64,000 bases of DNA, from the IMG/VR virus record IMGVR_UViG_3300037067_005627; one strand, 5' to 3'. Each line of letters begins with the position of its first letter. Position 1 is the first letter of the stretch. The stretch comes from an uncultured virus (IMG/VR IMGVR_UViG_3300037067_005627) (Duplodnaviria > Heunggongvirae > Uroviricota > Caudoviricetes). The notes below the pieces were generated by a model that was not told the origin of the DNA, ran no database searches, and saw nothing but the letters and a program-made list of their open reading frames with translations. This document shows positions 9,201 through 17,983 of this stretch, in pieces. The position numbers and the translations under genes are program-made.

Positions 9201-12200
9201 CGCCAGGAATCTTTTCCCCATAGGAAAACTCCATCCCCTCCTTGCGAGGGAGGAGGGCGCCAGACTCAGGTGACTTTTGCATCTTGTTCCAAAGCTGATC
9301 AACCTTGCGTGCCACATAAGCATCTGTGTGGTGGCTCTTGACAATACGCATACGGCGCATAAGGTCTTCGACATCTTGCTTAGTTGAAACTTCTGTTGTG
9401 TCGTATTGTTGGAACTTCCCTTCCCTTGCTAATCTATCAGCTTCTTGTTGCAGATCGAATCCCCTTGCGTATCCGCCAACTTGGGTAGTGTATGAAAGTT
9501 GCCAAGCCTTCTTTCCGACTTTCTCGTCCCTGGCATATTCGATAGCGTTCTTGATAGCCTGTTCATAAGAATCGTTTTCAAGGATGACTTGCCCTTGATC
9601 TATAAGATTATAAACGGGTTTGCCTACCTCCCATTTCGCCCCTGTTGCAGCCATCAGATTATCAGCTAGTCTGGAAAAATGGCCTGTTAATTTGCTTGGT
9701 GGCCCTTCATATCCATTATATAAATCTTGGATAATATTCTGTATCCCTCTTACATTAAGGCTTTCCCATTCTTGCATTATCTTCACGATTTCGTCTGCCG
9801 TAGCGTACTCAGATTTTAATGTCAGCATCCTCTTTAATGTATTCGCCGTTTGCATTTTCAAATTATAGTTGTCAATTAAATCGTTTAAATCTTTTGTGGA
9901 ATTAGCAAGCAAAATCTTAGCGACCCTTATCTTTGTCCCCTTGTTCATTGGAGGGACAATTGCCTTTGATGGCATCTCCGTTTCTTTTATCTCTATGCCT
10001 AACTCTTTGAGATAACTCTCAACTTCCCCTCTCTTGTATTTGCCAAGGTTGGTTCGCTCATTAAAATCTTCAAGAGATACGGCTGGAATTTTCTTCCAAG
10101 CATACCTATCAGACCCCCAATGCTTAATCAGTTCATCAGGGTGAGGGAATGTAACCTTATCATAGCCTTTCTCTGCTGCATAACGAATCACTTTCTGTAT
10201 TCCGAGTTTCACCCAATTATGAGCGAATGGGAAGTCAGGAGTGCCTTGCTTCTTTCCTAAATCCTGCGGCCAATCCCCTTGCAATTCAAGCACATTGAGT
10301 TCCCTAGGCCCTTCCCCTTTGCTTTCATCTATCAAGACATGGAAGGCAACATCATTGATAGTCTCCCCTTCAGCATAATCTCCGCCCCAATGTGGGCTAT
10401 GGTAGTCTTTCCTTCTGCCCATGTTAGGAAGGTGGATAACTAACTCCCTATAATTGTGGGCTTCAGAGAAGTAGCCTTCATACCTTGCCCATTCTTTTGT
10501 TGCATCATTTTCTAGTTGGAATGTATTCCCGAATATTTCTCTAAGACTTTCCCAGGAAGCTTTAGACGCTATTGTTATTCTTTCTTCGTCAGTTTTAGCT
10601 TGTTTTAGTCTAACCTGATTATCGGGGGATAAGTCAACTTCATCAAAATTCTCCCAAAAAATAGTCGCTTCTTCAGGGCTCAAACGCCCCACTACTTTCC
10701 TAATAGCGTTTATCCGATCCTCCTGACTTGCCAAATCTTTCCCCAACAACTCAACTTCCCCCATCTCTGTCTCTTCTGTGGCTATTGCAACATAGGCCCT
10801 GAGTTGTTCCCGATCTATCTTATCCCCTTGCTTATTATCTTCAAGCCATTGATTCAAACCTGTCCATGCTATCTCTTCCCTTGTTACCCCTTTCCTGGCA
10901 AGGTAGTTAGGGATAGATTGAACCTTGCTCGGCATATCGGGGAAGTTAACAGCTTTCTGTAATACGCTATAAGTGAAAGGGACCGGCTCTTTTCCCTGAG
11001 CAAAACGTACATTCCCCCTTACTTTTCCTTGAGCCTCTCCCCCCTTGACGTATTCCAGTGATTTTGCAAGTATCGAATCTAAATCCCCTTCAGTCATTTT
11101 AACGTCAAACCCAAACTTGGAAAGGACTTCCCGCAAAAATTGACGTACTCTATCAAGTAGGGTTTTCTCTTTCTGTGTGAGGTCAAATCTTGTAGCCAAA
11201 TCTGCTATAAATTCTTCCGATGCTGTACGTCTATGCTCTGCGTTATTATTGTCGAACTCCCCTTTGAAATAGCGTTCGACAATATCCCCCATCGCTTTAC
11301 TCTTGCCAAAGGACATCCATACCCTGTCAAGGATAGAGTTAAGAGCATTGCCGAATGCGCCATGCAATCCATAGTGCCCAACTATTTCATGGAGATACCA
11401 TAGTTGTGCTTCGCCTACACTCGTCATATTGTTGGCAAAGATATAAACAATAGGCCCTTGTCTGGTTTCTAAGAAGACGCCTTTAGGATTGCGTTCTTGC
11501 CAATCAGGATTCTCCTTATCCATCAATGCCCTATGTTCTTCAGGGATTTGGCTGGCATCCGTGATAACAGTTGCGATAGGCGCATTCTTAAATACTTGCG
11601 CTATCTTTTGAAACGATGTCTTGATAGCGGTTGCAACGCCTGTCTGTTCAGGAGGTGTCTTGACGATCTCCCTGACAAGCGGTTCCATGCGCCTAAGATT
11701 CTCGATCACTTGTTGTTGGGATTCTGTCCCTTTAGAATCCTTGACCGTCCTAAGTATTTCGTTCTGAATAGCATCCTGCATCACAAGGGGGCCATGTTCT
11801 TTAACCCCTTGCTTTATATGTTCGAGGACAGTATCATCGCCGTTAGCTAGCATCTTGCCTGCTTCTGCCCTGGTGATTCCGTTGATTCTGCCTTCTGGTT
11901 TAATAGATGGCAGGCGACGTTGTTCTTCGGGGGAGAGTCCAAACTTCGCTTTTCCTTCTACAATCTTCGCCCTCTTCTCATCAAGAAAGCTTGGCCTACC
12001 AAGTTGATCAACTGCATTGCAGCCCACTGTTTCTGTCTTTCCAGTATCCCAAACGACTTCATATCGAATACGAGTTGCAATATCAGGACTTGTCTTATTT
12101 ATAATTCTTCGGCTTATGGTTCCTGTATGGTATTCATTAGGCCCAATCTTGTACCTTCCTTGTACTCTATCCCCAACAATTAAATCTTGTTGCCTTTTCC

Positions 12201-14334
12201 ACTTAATTTCTGCACCCTTTACTCCGACTTGCTTTTTTTCATAATTTATCAAAGACGGAATTTGGGTTGCCTTTGCAACTGTTTCCACCGTCATCCCCTG
12301 TCTATCAATAGAGGCATTCTCAAAAAACTTTGTAAGTCTTTCCTGCTCTGCGGGAGTAAACTGTTGAGCGTTTTCTATAATCACAGGAATTGCAGAGCTT
12401 CCTCCAGATGTGTGTATCATATCCGCGATGGCACGATAACGAAAATGCTGAGCGCGCAAGTCTAATTCTTTTCCAAAACCAAACTTAACAGCCCCAGGGG
12501 CTTTCTTCCACACGGTTGCGTTGTTCTGGCTTACTTGTTCAGGGATGCCCTCTGGTTTCCTCCCCTTCCCTGCCACTTTCTCAAACCCTAACTTCTCTGC
12601 TATCTTATCCATCCCCTTGGAAGTGGAAGCAACCCATATCTCTTTATCGGGATAAGCGTCCACAGTATCTCTAACTGCCTTTAAGCCAAAGCCTGCACCC
12701 CTCTCCCCCTTCTCCACATACACATCATGAAGGTAAAACTTGTCAGGCGTGATCTCCCCTTCTATCCACCCTTTGCCGCCAGGGAGAGTAACTTTGAGAG
12801 GCCCCTCTTCTACTCTCGCAGGTTTCTCAACGGCAATCTCTTCCCCTCTAGCACCCATGTATTCCCTGTCAGAAGTTTCGGGGACATTCTTAGCTCTTAT
12901 CGCAGCCCCTTCCTCTACCCCCGGAACACCGCCTACCCTTCTTATCGCATTGTCTAACCAACTCTCTTCTTGGGAAGGTTTGACGACATACTTGTCTTCA
13001 GGGTTGATAGGTTGCCCCTCGATCACCTTGGGTGATTCTGCCTTGTCTATCCCTGCCTCTACATCTTTCGTCATCCTCTCTTTGAAAGCATCATAAACTT
13101 TCTTCTGCTCTTCAGAAAGGCCAGTGAGTTCTTCTGTGTGTCTGGCAATCATAGAGGCGAGACGATCGGATGGTTCCCTTCCATTACTAATAGCGGAGTC
13201 CCAGGACATCTGTTCGAATCTCAGATTTCTCCAAAGGTCGGCTATCCTCTTTTGCCTTGCTTGATAATCAGGGTCACTCTTCAGAGTTTCGTTAGTGTCT
13301 ATCTCTGCCTGAACTCTGGCTATCTCCCTCTTCTCCCCTGCAAGGTAACGGCCAAATCTGGTTTCAAAACTGCCAGAGGGGACAGTTGTGGCAGTAGGCA
13401 AAGGTTCTTCAGGAGCCCCTTCTTCGGGAGATGGAGCAATAGGGGCCTCACTGATAGTTGTAGGAACTTCGGTAGGTGCGGCCTTTGCTTTCGCTCTAGC
13501 GGCCATTGTCTCCGTCGTTAATCCCATACCCCCAAAAAAGACGCCAGAAAGGGCACCTAAGGCTGTATCATGTTTGGCAATCTCCCACATTTCTTTGGAA
13601 TGTTTTTCATCTGTCATCCTCTGAGAAAATGCGCCCGCAGTTTCATCAGGGGGTCTTGCTGCCCACTGTTCAGCAAGGTAGGACATAACCCCTTGCATGC
13701 CTTCCTGGCCACCTTCGACCGCCCCTGTTTTAAGTAAGGTTGTTGCCGTCCCTGCTATTGCATGGGAAACTCCACTCGCAGTCCCAATCGCTGTAAGAAG
13801 ATTAGCTAACGCTTTCCCTCTTACGGTACGGAAAATGAACTCAGTCCCTAAGAAATCGAGAGAAGCAACTATAGGGCCAGCAGTCCAAGAGACTGCCTTT
13901 GCGGTATTTTCGTCTGCCCCTAATTCTAGAGCCTTACTTTCTATTTCCTCTTGTTGAAGATTAGAATACAAAGACATGGTTAAAAGAGGGCCAACGTAAG
14001 GGATATACCTCATAGCCAATCCCGATGCAGTATGCCCAAGACTGCCTATCCATTTTCCCAGGAATGGTTCCGTCTTGTCCTCTACAGCTTTTGCCCAAGC
14101 GTTAATATCAGGGTCATTCTTCTTTGCGTTCTCCCAAAAACCACGCCACCCTTTACCCGGTTTCTCAAATAGGGCAACGCCTGGAGATGCGAAGACATCA
14201 AAGACAGCAGACTTGGCAGCTCCAAATGGGTGGCCGATGTCCTTGTATTGCGCCACAGATTCCTTCGGTTTAGGGACGCCTATCTCTGTCTCAGGAAGTT
14301 CTAATTCACCTGCTAGTTGGTCAAAATCAACCAT
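6298..14334 (-). CDS. Large polyvalent internal-virion (ejection) protein with GNAT, zincin and LPD38-like domains
   Basis: GNAT motif (LHDVYVEKGERGAGFG...EKLGF) near 12570-12790; HEIVGH...EEFIA near 11200-11400; C-terminal DFSRHG..IPFLNA..QG, PKPFEIG and NKTFFTGRPI typical of LPD38; last gene of the virion operon. Confidence 0.8.
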   Translation of the reverse strand: MVDFDQLAGELELPETEIGVPKPKESVAQYKDIGHPFGAAKSAVFDVFASPGVALFEKPGKGWRGFWENAKKNDPDINAWAKAVEDKTEPFLGKWIGSLGHTASGLAMRYIPYVGPLLTMSLYSNLQQEEIESKALELGADENTAKAVSWTAGPIVASLDFLGTEFIFRTVRGKALANLLTAIGTASGVSHAIAGTATTLLKTGAVEGGQEGMQGVMSYLAEQWAARPPDETAGAFSQRMTDEKHSKEMWEIAKHDTALGALSGVFFGGMGLTTETMAARAKAKAAPTEVPTTISEAPIAPSPEEGAPEEPLPTATTVPSGSFETRFGRYLAGEKREIARVQAEIDTNETLKSDPDYQARQKRIADLWRNLRFEQMSWDSAISNGREPSDRLASMIARHTEELTGLSEEQKKVYDAFKERMTKDVEAGIDKAESPKVIEGQPINPEDKYVVKPSQEESWLDNAIRRVGGVPGVEEGAAIRAKNVPETSDREYMGARGEEIAVEKPARVEEGPLKVTLPGGKGWIEGEITPDKFYLHDVYVEKGERGAGFGLKAVRDTVDAYPDKEIWVASTSKGMDKIAEKLGFEKVAGKGRKPEGIPEQVSQNNATVWKKAPGAVKFGFGKELDLRAQHFRYRAIADMIHTSGGSSAIPVIIENAQQFTPAEQERLTKFFENASIDRQGMTVETVAKATQIPSLINYEKKQVGVKGAEIKWKRQQDLIVGDRVQGRYKIGPNEYHTGTISRRIINKTSPDIATRIRYEVVWDTGKTETVGCNAVDQLGRPSFLDEKRAKIVEGKAKFGLSPEEQRRLPSIKPEGRINGITRAEAGKMLANGDDTVLEHIKQGVKEHGPLVMQDAIQNEILRTVKDSKGTESQQQVIENLRRMEPLVREIVKTPPEQTGVATAIKTSFQKIAQVFKNAPIATVITDASQIPEEHRALMDKENPDWQERNPKGVFLETRQGPIVYIFANNMTSVGEAQLWYLHEIVGHYGLHGAFGNALNSILDRVWMSFGKSKAMGDIVERYFKGEFDNNNAEHRRTASEEFIADLATRFDLTQKEKTLLDRVRQFLREVLSKFGFDVKMTEGDLDSILAKSLEYVKGGEAQGKVRGNVRFAQGKEPVPFTYSVLQKAVNFPDMPSKVQSIPNYLARKGVTREEIAWTGLNQWLEDNKQGDKIDREQLRAYVAIATEETEMGEVELLGKDLASQEDRINAIRKVVGRLSPEEATIFWENFDEVDLSPDNQVRLKQAKTDEERITIASKASWESLREIFGNTFQLENDATKEWARYEGYFSEAHNYRELVIHLPNMGRRKDYHSPHWGGDYAEGETINDVAFHVLIDESKGEGPRELNVLELQGDWPQDLGKKQGTPDFPFAHNWVKLGIQKVIRYAAEKGYDKVTFPHPDELIKHWGSDRYAWKKIPAVSLEDFNERTNLGKYKRGEVESYLKELGIEIKETEMPSKAIVPPMNKGTKIRVAKILLANSTKDLNDLIDNYNLKMQTANTLKRMLTLKSEYATADEIVKIMQEWESLNVRGIQNIIQDLYNGYEGPPSKLTGHFSRLADNLMAATGAKWEVGKPVYNLIDQGQVILENDSYEQAIKNAIEYARDEKVGKKAWQLSYTTQVGGYARGFDLQQEADRLAREGKFQQYDTTEVSTKQDVEDLMRRMRIVKSHHTDAYVARKVDQLWNKMQKSPESGALLPRKEGMEFSYGEKIPGALEKFAKQFGATVERESSKPKIEFQETDNSIEVIVDGKVDDVFRWGRNSMRGNETKEDALEEARRYVKTLEDEVKRKFSITINNKMRETAIFQGFARFAFGKVPDTISTYIGKHQTTMGEAVSKAWDSVKSKEFRAYIRRKVFDRLDPVKQMIGLESYKVLSLQNGAPVVFDTLLTDGKLKWDGKVLTCDTRGQGFIPWLEAMGKDANKFLYWTMARRAEALETQTIRKRDPNTGQMVVVPKERWLTETVRNEIYKWAGDKDKSEWVAKAKELDEWNKNTLDIAEKAGLINHDARVSWEQDFYIPFYRIMENAIAKNKFMLSPNKSRRFISAQIRRLEGAEMKVGDPLENMLKNWNHLITASIENVARETCFEEAKAKGMGLVEEVGFKDLHVFKRGTGSNSRMVYVTKRDQKNVLVFQRDGKPIYFKVDSEPLFEALGGVEFNALNGVAAKFFSTPKRLLTYSATFGPAFKVNNMIRDAIHTSLIDKDFGRPPSSLLEPLFPLFALRDALKGFRKAWNNDPNMVRLKAAGGAFGTSYIHSQDMEIATKRIEKILRKEKGAIVLSTFRKALDWWEKVGTASENAVRVQGFANKTKNGMSTLDAAFAVRDYLDFSRHGSSKAVQLLIHIIPFLNARTQGNYKLFNTATQAETMVNFGVRGTLLTLASLMLWGAFKDDDRYKELEEWDRMAYYHWWIGDTHVRMPKPFEIGVFFSSIPEAIANVICGNDEGKHIWNVMWKGIRDVFAMDLPQTIKPIYEQWANKTFFTGRPIVGAHLEGLIPGEQHDPWTSETLQGIGKQLGMSPNRIKALIDGYFSTIGIAIIGGTDVLTRTFFDFPARPTMKIDDYPLIGTFLKEAEHPRYIKQQTKFYEIFDEYDKIAKTMHYYRNLGDPKAALELAEDNRPLIAAGKQMTSTKEQLRKIRANMRLIWSSPSLTSDEKLNRLNTLADKQNVIVKAAYKRASEKVAK

Positions 14335-14335
14335 G

Positions 14336-16333
14336 TTAGAATCCCCCTATAGCATCATCTATATTAATCTCTTTACTTGACCGTTCACCAATCCTTCCCA
14401 TAACCATCTCAGCCGTACCTTCTATCATATTGTATCCTGTGGCATCAACAAAACCCCACACGTCAAAGGCTAATTTGACTGCCTCTGTAGTCCCTAATTC
14501 TTTATAAACCCGCTTAAAATTCTCTATATTTTCCTGAAGGTCTTTAGCAGGATTCAACTCAGAACTTATCTTCTTTGCCTCTTCTCTTGCCCTCTCAACA
14601 CTCCACCCATTCTTGACGAAGTTGACAGCAATTTGTTCTATGTACTTTCCCTGTAACTCAGGATTGTTGTCTATCGCGGCTTTCGCTAGAACTCTCTTAG
14701 CAATAGGCCGGGCATTTTCTCCATGCGTTTCGACAAAGGATTGAGCAAGGTCATGAACTTGCTGTGTAGAAAGGGGGCCACCTTTTCCCCCTCTAGTCAC
14801 CAAAGAATACAATCTAGTAGCGTCTTGTTTTATTCCGCCTCCCTTACCAGATCGCTTCGTAAACTCTCCCCCTATTGCCGCTTCCTTTGGCTGAGATGAT
14901 TTTGCTCCCTGAGTAGGCTCCCCTAAAGTCCCTCCTTGCTTATAACCCTTAATAAATTCGTTGGCACTCTTCTCGTTAGGGAATTGGAGGGCGTCACCAC
15001 GCCGTATCGCAACCTGCAAAGCGCGTCCAGGGTCTTTACTCAGATCGACAAGTTCATTGCTTTCCTTGTTATGTATTACGGTCGGAAAAACTAAAACTCC
15101 TTGATCAGTCTTAGAGGACGAAAGTTTGAGAGAGGCATCAGAATCGCCTTCTTGGAGCTTCGGATACTTGTCAGGATTAAGTATCCTATCAACAAATGGG
15201 ACGCCCTTACTCCCTTCCAGAATCTTCTTCGTATCCATCCCTTGTGCTGTTGTGGATTGTCCGCCAATCTCTGACTTAGCAGGGTTTAAATCCCCATACT
15301 TTGACCAGATTTTTTTCTGCTCATCTCTTACCAAGCCCAAGTCACGAATTACTTGGTTGCGAGATGCTACGGTTTGAGGATCATTCTTATCCATCTTGGC
15401 ATCGAGTTCTGCGAATTTCGTAGCTAGGGCATCTGCCTGATGTTCTAACCCCTTCATCAGTTGTTGATCAGGCCCAGTCAACTTCCCGAACATTTCAAGG
15501 GGAGCCAATCTGATTTGCCTTTCCTTAATATCAAGGCCATGTATCTTCTCCATCGTATCATAATAGCGCATAGTCGCTTCATACTTAGCGCGATCTTCAG
15601 GCGACATCGTAAGTTTCTTTACCATTTCCCTTGAATCTTTAAGCCCTTCTTCATAAAGGTGCAGGGTTTCTTTATCGACCAAACCTGCCCTAGTCATTTG
15701 ATTAAGCATAGTCTCTTTTTGTTTTGCAACGCCTTGATAGAAAGTGAGGGGGTCTTTTTGCGCTTTCTTATACTCAGCTATCGCATCAGGGTCTCCTTCA
15801 GCGACCTTGTCCTCTAGCCACTTAATAGGGTCGGCGTTCATGGAAATCAGACCGCCAAGTCCCGCTTGATTATCCTTCCTGAAAAATTCCCTGTTTGTGA
15901 TAGACTTCCCTTTGGCCATATCATAAAGCAAAGGCTTCCCGGTATCGGGGTCAGTCTTGAGTTCGACATTAGTCCCAAATACTTTAGGCATCTTTTCCAT
16001 CAAATTCGTCATCCACATCGCTTTAGACGCCGTCATCTTCCCTTGTTTAAAAGCGTCGAGAAAGGTCTCAAGATCAAATGGCTGATCTAGATGCTCTTCC
16101 TCTTGTTTCAGACGATTTGCCATAATGATTTTCTGCTCAGATTCAGCCTGAGCAGTAGCTTTTAGGATGGGAAAAAGTTCCTTCTCCCGCCTATCCTTAT
16201 CCAAACGCATCCCAAGTTCAGCCCCTTGCATTTTGAGTTTGGCGCCTTCTATCGCTGTGTCGCCTAGACCGCCAATCCCTTTGGTGATGGAGTCGTTGAG
16301 TTGTCCTATCGCAATCAAGACATCGTTAGCCAT
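14336..16333 (-). CDS. Probable internal virion/ejection protein
   Basis: Helical and charged; start MANDV with AGGAG RBS; lies between the nozzle and the polyvalent protein. Confidence 0.65.
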   Translation of the reverse strand: MANDVLIAIGQLNDSITKGIGGLGDTAIEGAKLKMQGAELGMRLDKDRREKELFPILKATAQAESEQKIIMANRLKQEEEHLDQPFDLETFLDAFKQGKMTASKAMWMTNLMEKMPKVFGTNVELKTDPDTGKPLLYDMAKGKSITNREFFRKDNQAGLGGLISMNADPIKWLEDKVAEGDPDAIAEYKKAQKDPLTFYQGVAKQKETMLNQMTRAGLVDKETLHLYEEGLKDSREMVKKLTMSPEDRAKYEATMRYYDTMEKIHGLDIKERQIRLAPLEMFGKLTGPDQQLMKGLEHQADALATKFAELDAKMDKNDPQTVASRNQVIRDLGLVRDEQKKIWSKYGDLNPAKSEIGGQSTTAQGMDTKKILEGSKGVPFVDRILNPDKYPKLQEGDSDASLKLSSSKTDQGVLVFPTVIHNKESNELVDLSKDPGRALQVAIRRGDALQFPNEKSANEFIKGYKQGGTLGEPTQGAKSSQPKEAAIGGEFTKRSGKGGGIKQDATRLYSLVTRGGKGGPLSTQQVHDLAQSFVETHGENARPIAKRVLAKAAIDNNPELQGKYIEQIAVNFVKNGWSVERAREEAKKISSELNPAKDLQENIENFKRVYKELGTTEAVKLAFDVWGFVDATGYNMIEGTAEMVMGRIGERSSKEINIDDAIGGF

Positions 16334-17429
16334 TTGCAGTCTCCTTCTGTCCGTAACCAAATCTTTGCATCTCGGCGTAGAATGGGTTTGACCAGTCGTA
16401 AATATTTTGGAATTGAGAAGGCATAAGTTTGTCGATAGCATCTCTCATATACTTGCCCTTATCAAACTGAACCCCTTCTCTTGTTGCCGCATCAAGACGA
16501 TTCTCAATATCATTCATCCCTGCCCTACCACTCGAAATAAGATTCCCTATCGCAGCCCCTTGTTGATCTTCAGGAAGAGCTTTAACATCGCGCCCCCACT
16601 GTTGTTCTGCTTCCCCTGTCTCTTTGACAAGTTTTTTTCCTTCAGAGGATTGAAGCCAATCATTAGACTCTTTACGACTTTTCTTAAGTGATAAGTGAGC
16701 CATTAAAGGCAAGGCTACTACAGCCGCAGGGCCGAGCCAAGAAGTGGCCCCCATTGTTCCTATAGCCCCTTCGGTTGCTCCTTCGGCAACCGCCGTTGTT
16801 GCAGCACCACCTACTCCGTAATCAGCCGCAGTCATAGCCCCAAGTTCTGCGGCTGATGCTCCACCAATAGAAGCGACCCCTGTCGTGGCAGCAGTTCCAC
16901 CCATCCCTACCCCGCCAACTCCTGTAATCTCTGCCCCTTCGGCAAGGGTAGTTGTGGGTAATACTGATCCTGCTGTCTTGGTCGCGCCCCCTAATAACCC
17001 CCACTTCTGTAACGCTGTAACCGCATTAACTCCAAGCCCCAATCCGCTTATAATAGTGCTCAGATTGAACTTCTTACCAGCAGATTCTTCGGCGCTTTCT
17101 GCGAGTTCTTTTTCAAGAGCTATCTTATATCGTTCAAGGGCATCTCTATTGTCAGCAATCCCTTCATTGGAAGCGATCTCTGCTTCACTCCTTGCATTGA
17201 GAGCCTGAATCTGCTTCTCAGCGTTTTCGATCTCGAACTTCAGCCTATCTTCGCCGACCTCAATCAGATCGTTAGCCCGACTACGTTCATCTTCAGCCAT
17301 CTTCATATTGATCATATAAGGCGACTGAGATTCAATAGTTGTCTCTAACAACCTGTCTGCACGCTTGCGATTTGTAGAGACCGCGCTAGCCTGTTTGCCA
17401 ATCCCTAGAGAACCAATCAATGCTACCAT
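16326..17429 (-). CDS. Probable ejection/DNA-transfer protein
   Basis: Coiled coil followed by a long Gly/Ala hydrophobic tract; position in the operon. Confidence 0.6.
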   Translation of the reverse strand: MVALIGSLGIGKQASAVSTNRKRADRLLETTIESQSPYMINMKMAEDERSRANDLIEVGEDRLKFEIENAEKQIQALNARSEAEIASNEGIADNRDALERYKIALEKELAESAEESAGKKFNLSTIISGLGLGVNAVTALQKWGLLGGATKTAGSVLPTTTLAEGAEITGVGGVGMGGTAATTGVASIGGASAAELGAMTAADYGVGGAATTAVAEGATEGAIGTMGATSWLGPAAVVALPLMAHLSLKKSRKESNDWLQSSEGKKLVKETGEAEQQWGRDVKALPEDQQGAAIGNLISSGRAGMNDIENRLDAATREGVQFDKGKYMRDAIDKLMPSQFQNIYDWSNPFYAEMQRFGYGQKETANG

Positions 17430-17983
17430 TATAATGCTCCTATAAGATAACTGGCATTCCCTGTTTTCCCTGCCATCGAAATCAAACTATCCGCTATTTC
17501 TTTCTTTCTTCTATAATCAGCAATGTTTGTGCCTAATGTTATAGGAACGCTCAACCCCCCAATGATAGCCGCGATGTTCGATTCCTTTTCCCCTCTTGCC
17601 AGAGTCCTCTTCTTAATATCCACATCCGCTTCTAATCCCGCTTTAGAAGTCGCCAATCCTTGTTCAGCTATCTTCTCCCTTGAGGCCAATCCTGCGAAGA
17701 AGCGAGTATCTGCTGATTCCCTTTCCTTTTCCTCAATACCCCCAGGGCCAAGTTTCTTTTCTATCTCTTCCCTTTTCAATGCTATTTCTGCATTGCCAAT
17801 ATCCCTAGCATCAGCAGCCTTTTTCATTGTGATCAAGCGTTTAATACTATCAACAGCCTGATCGCCTACTACCCCTTCAAGCAAATAAGACAAGATATTT
17901 TGCTGAGGGGAACTCATTGCCTGAACTGCGTTGAGCTTTTTATTGAACTGAGGGGTATCAAAATTTGTTACAGGGGCAGTCAT
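17429..17983 (-). CDS. Probable small ejection protein
   Basis: Start MTAPV with GGAGG; C-terminal hydrophobic segment; position. Confidence 0.55.
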   Translation of the reverse strand: MTAPVTNFDTPQFNKKLNAVQAMSSPQQNILSYLLEGVVGDQAVDSIKRLITMKKAADARDIGNAEIALKREEIEKKLGPGGIEEKERESADTRFFAGLASREKIAEQGLATSKAGLEADVDIKKRTLARGEKESNIAAIIGGLSVPITLGTNIADYRRKKEIADSLISMAGKTGNASYLIGAL

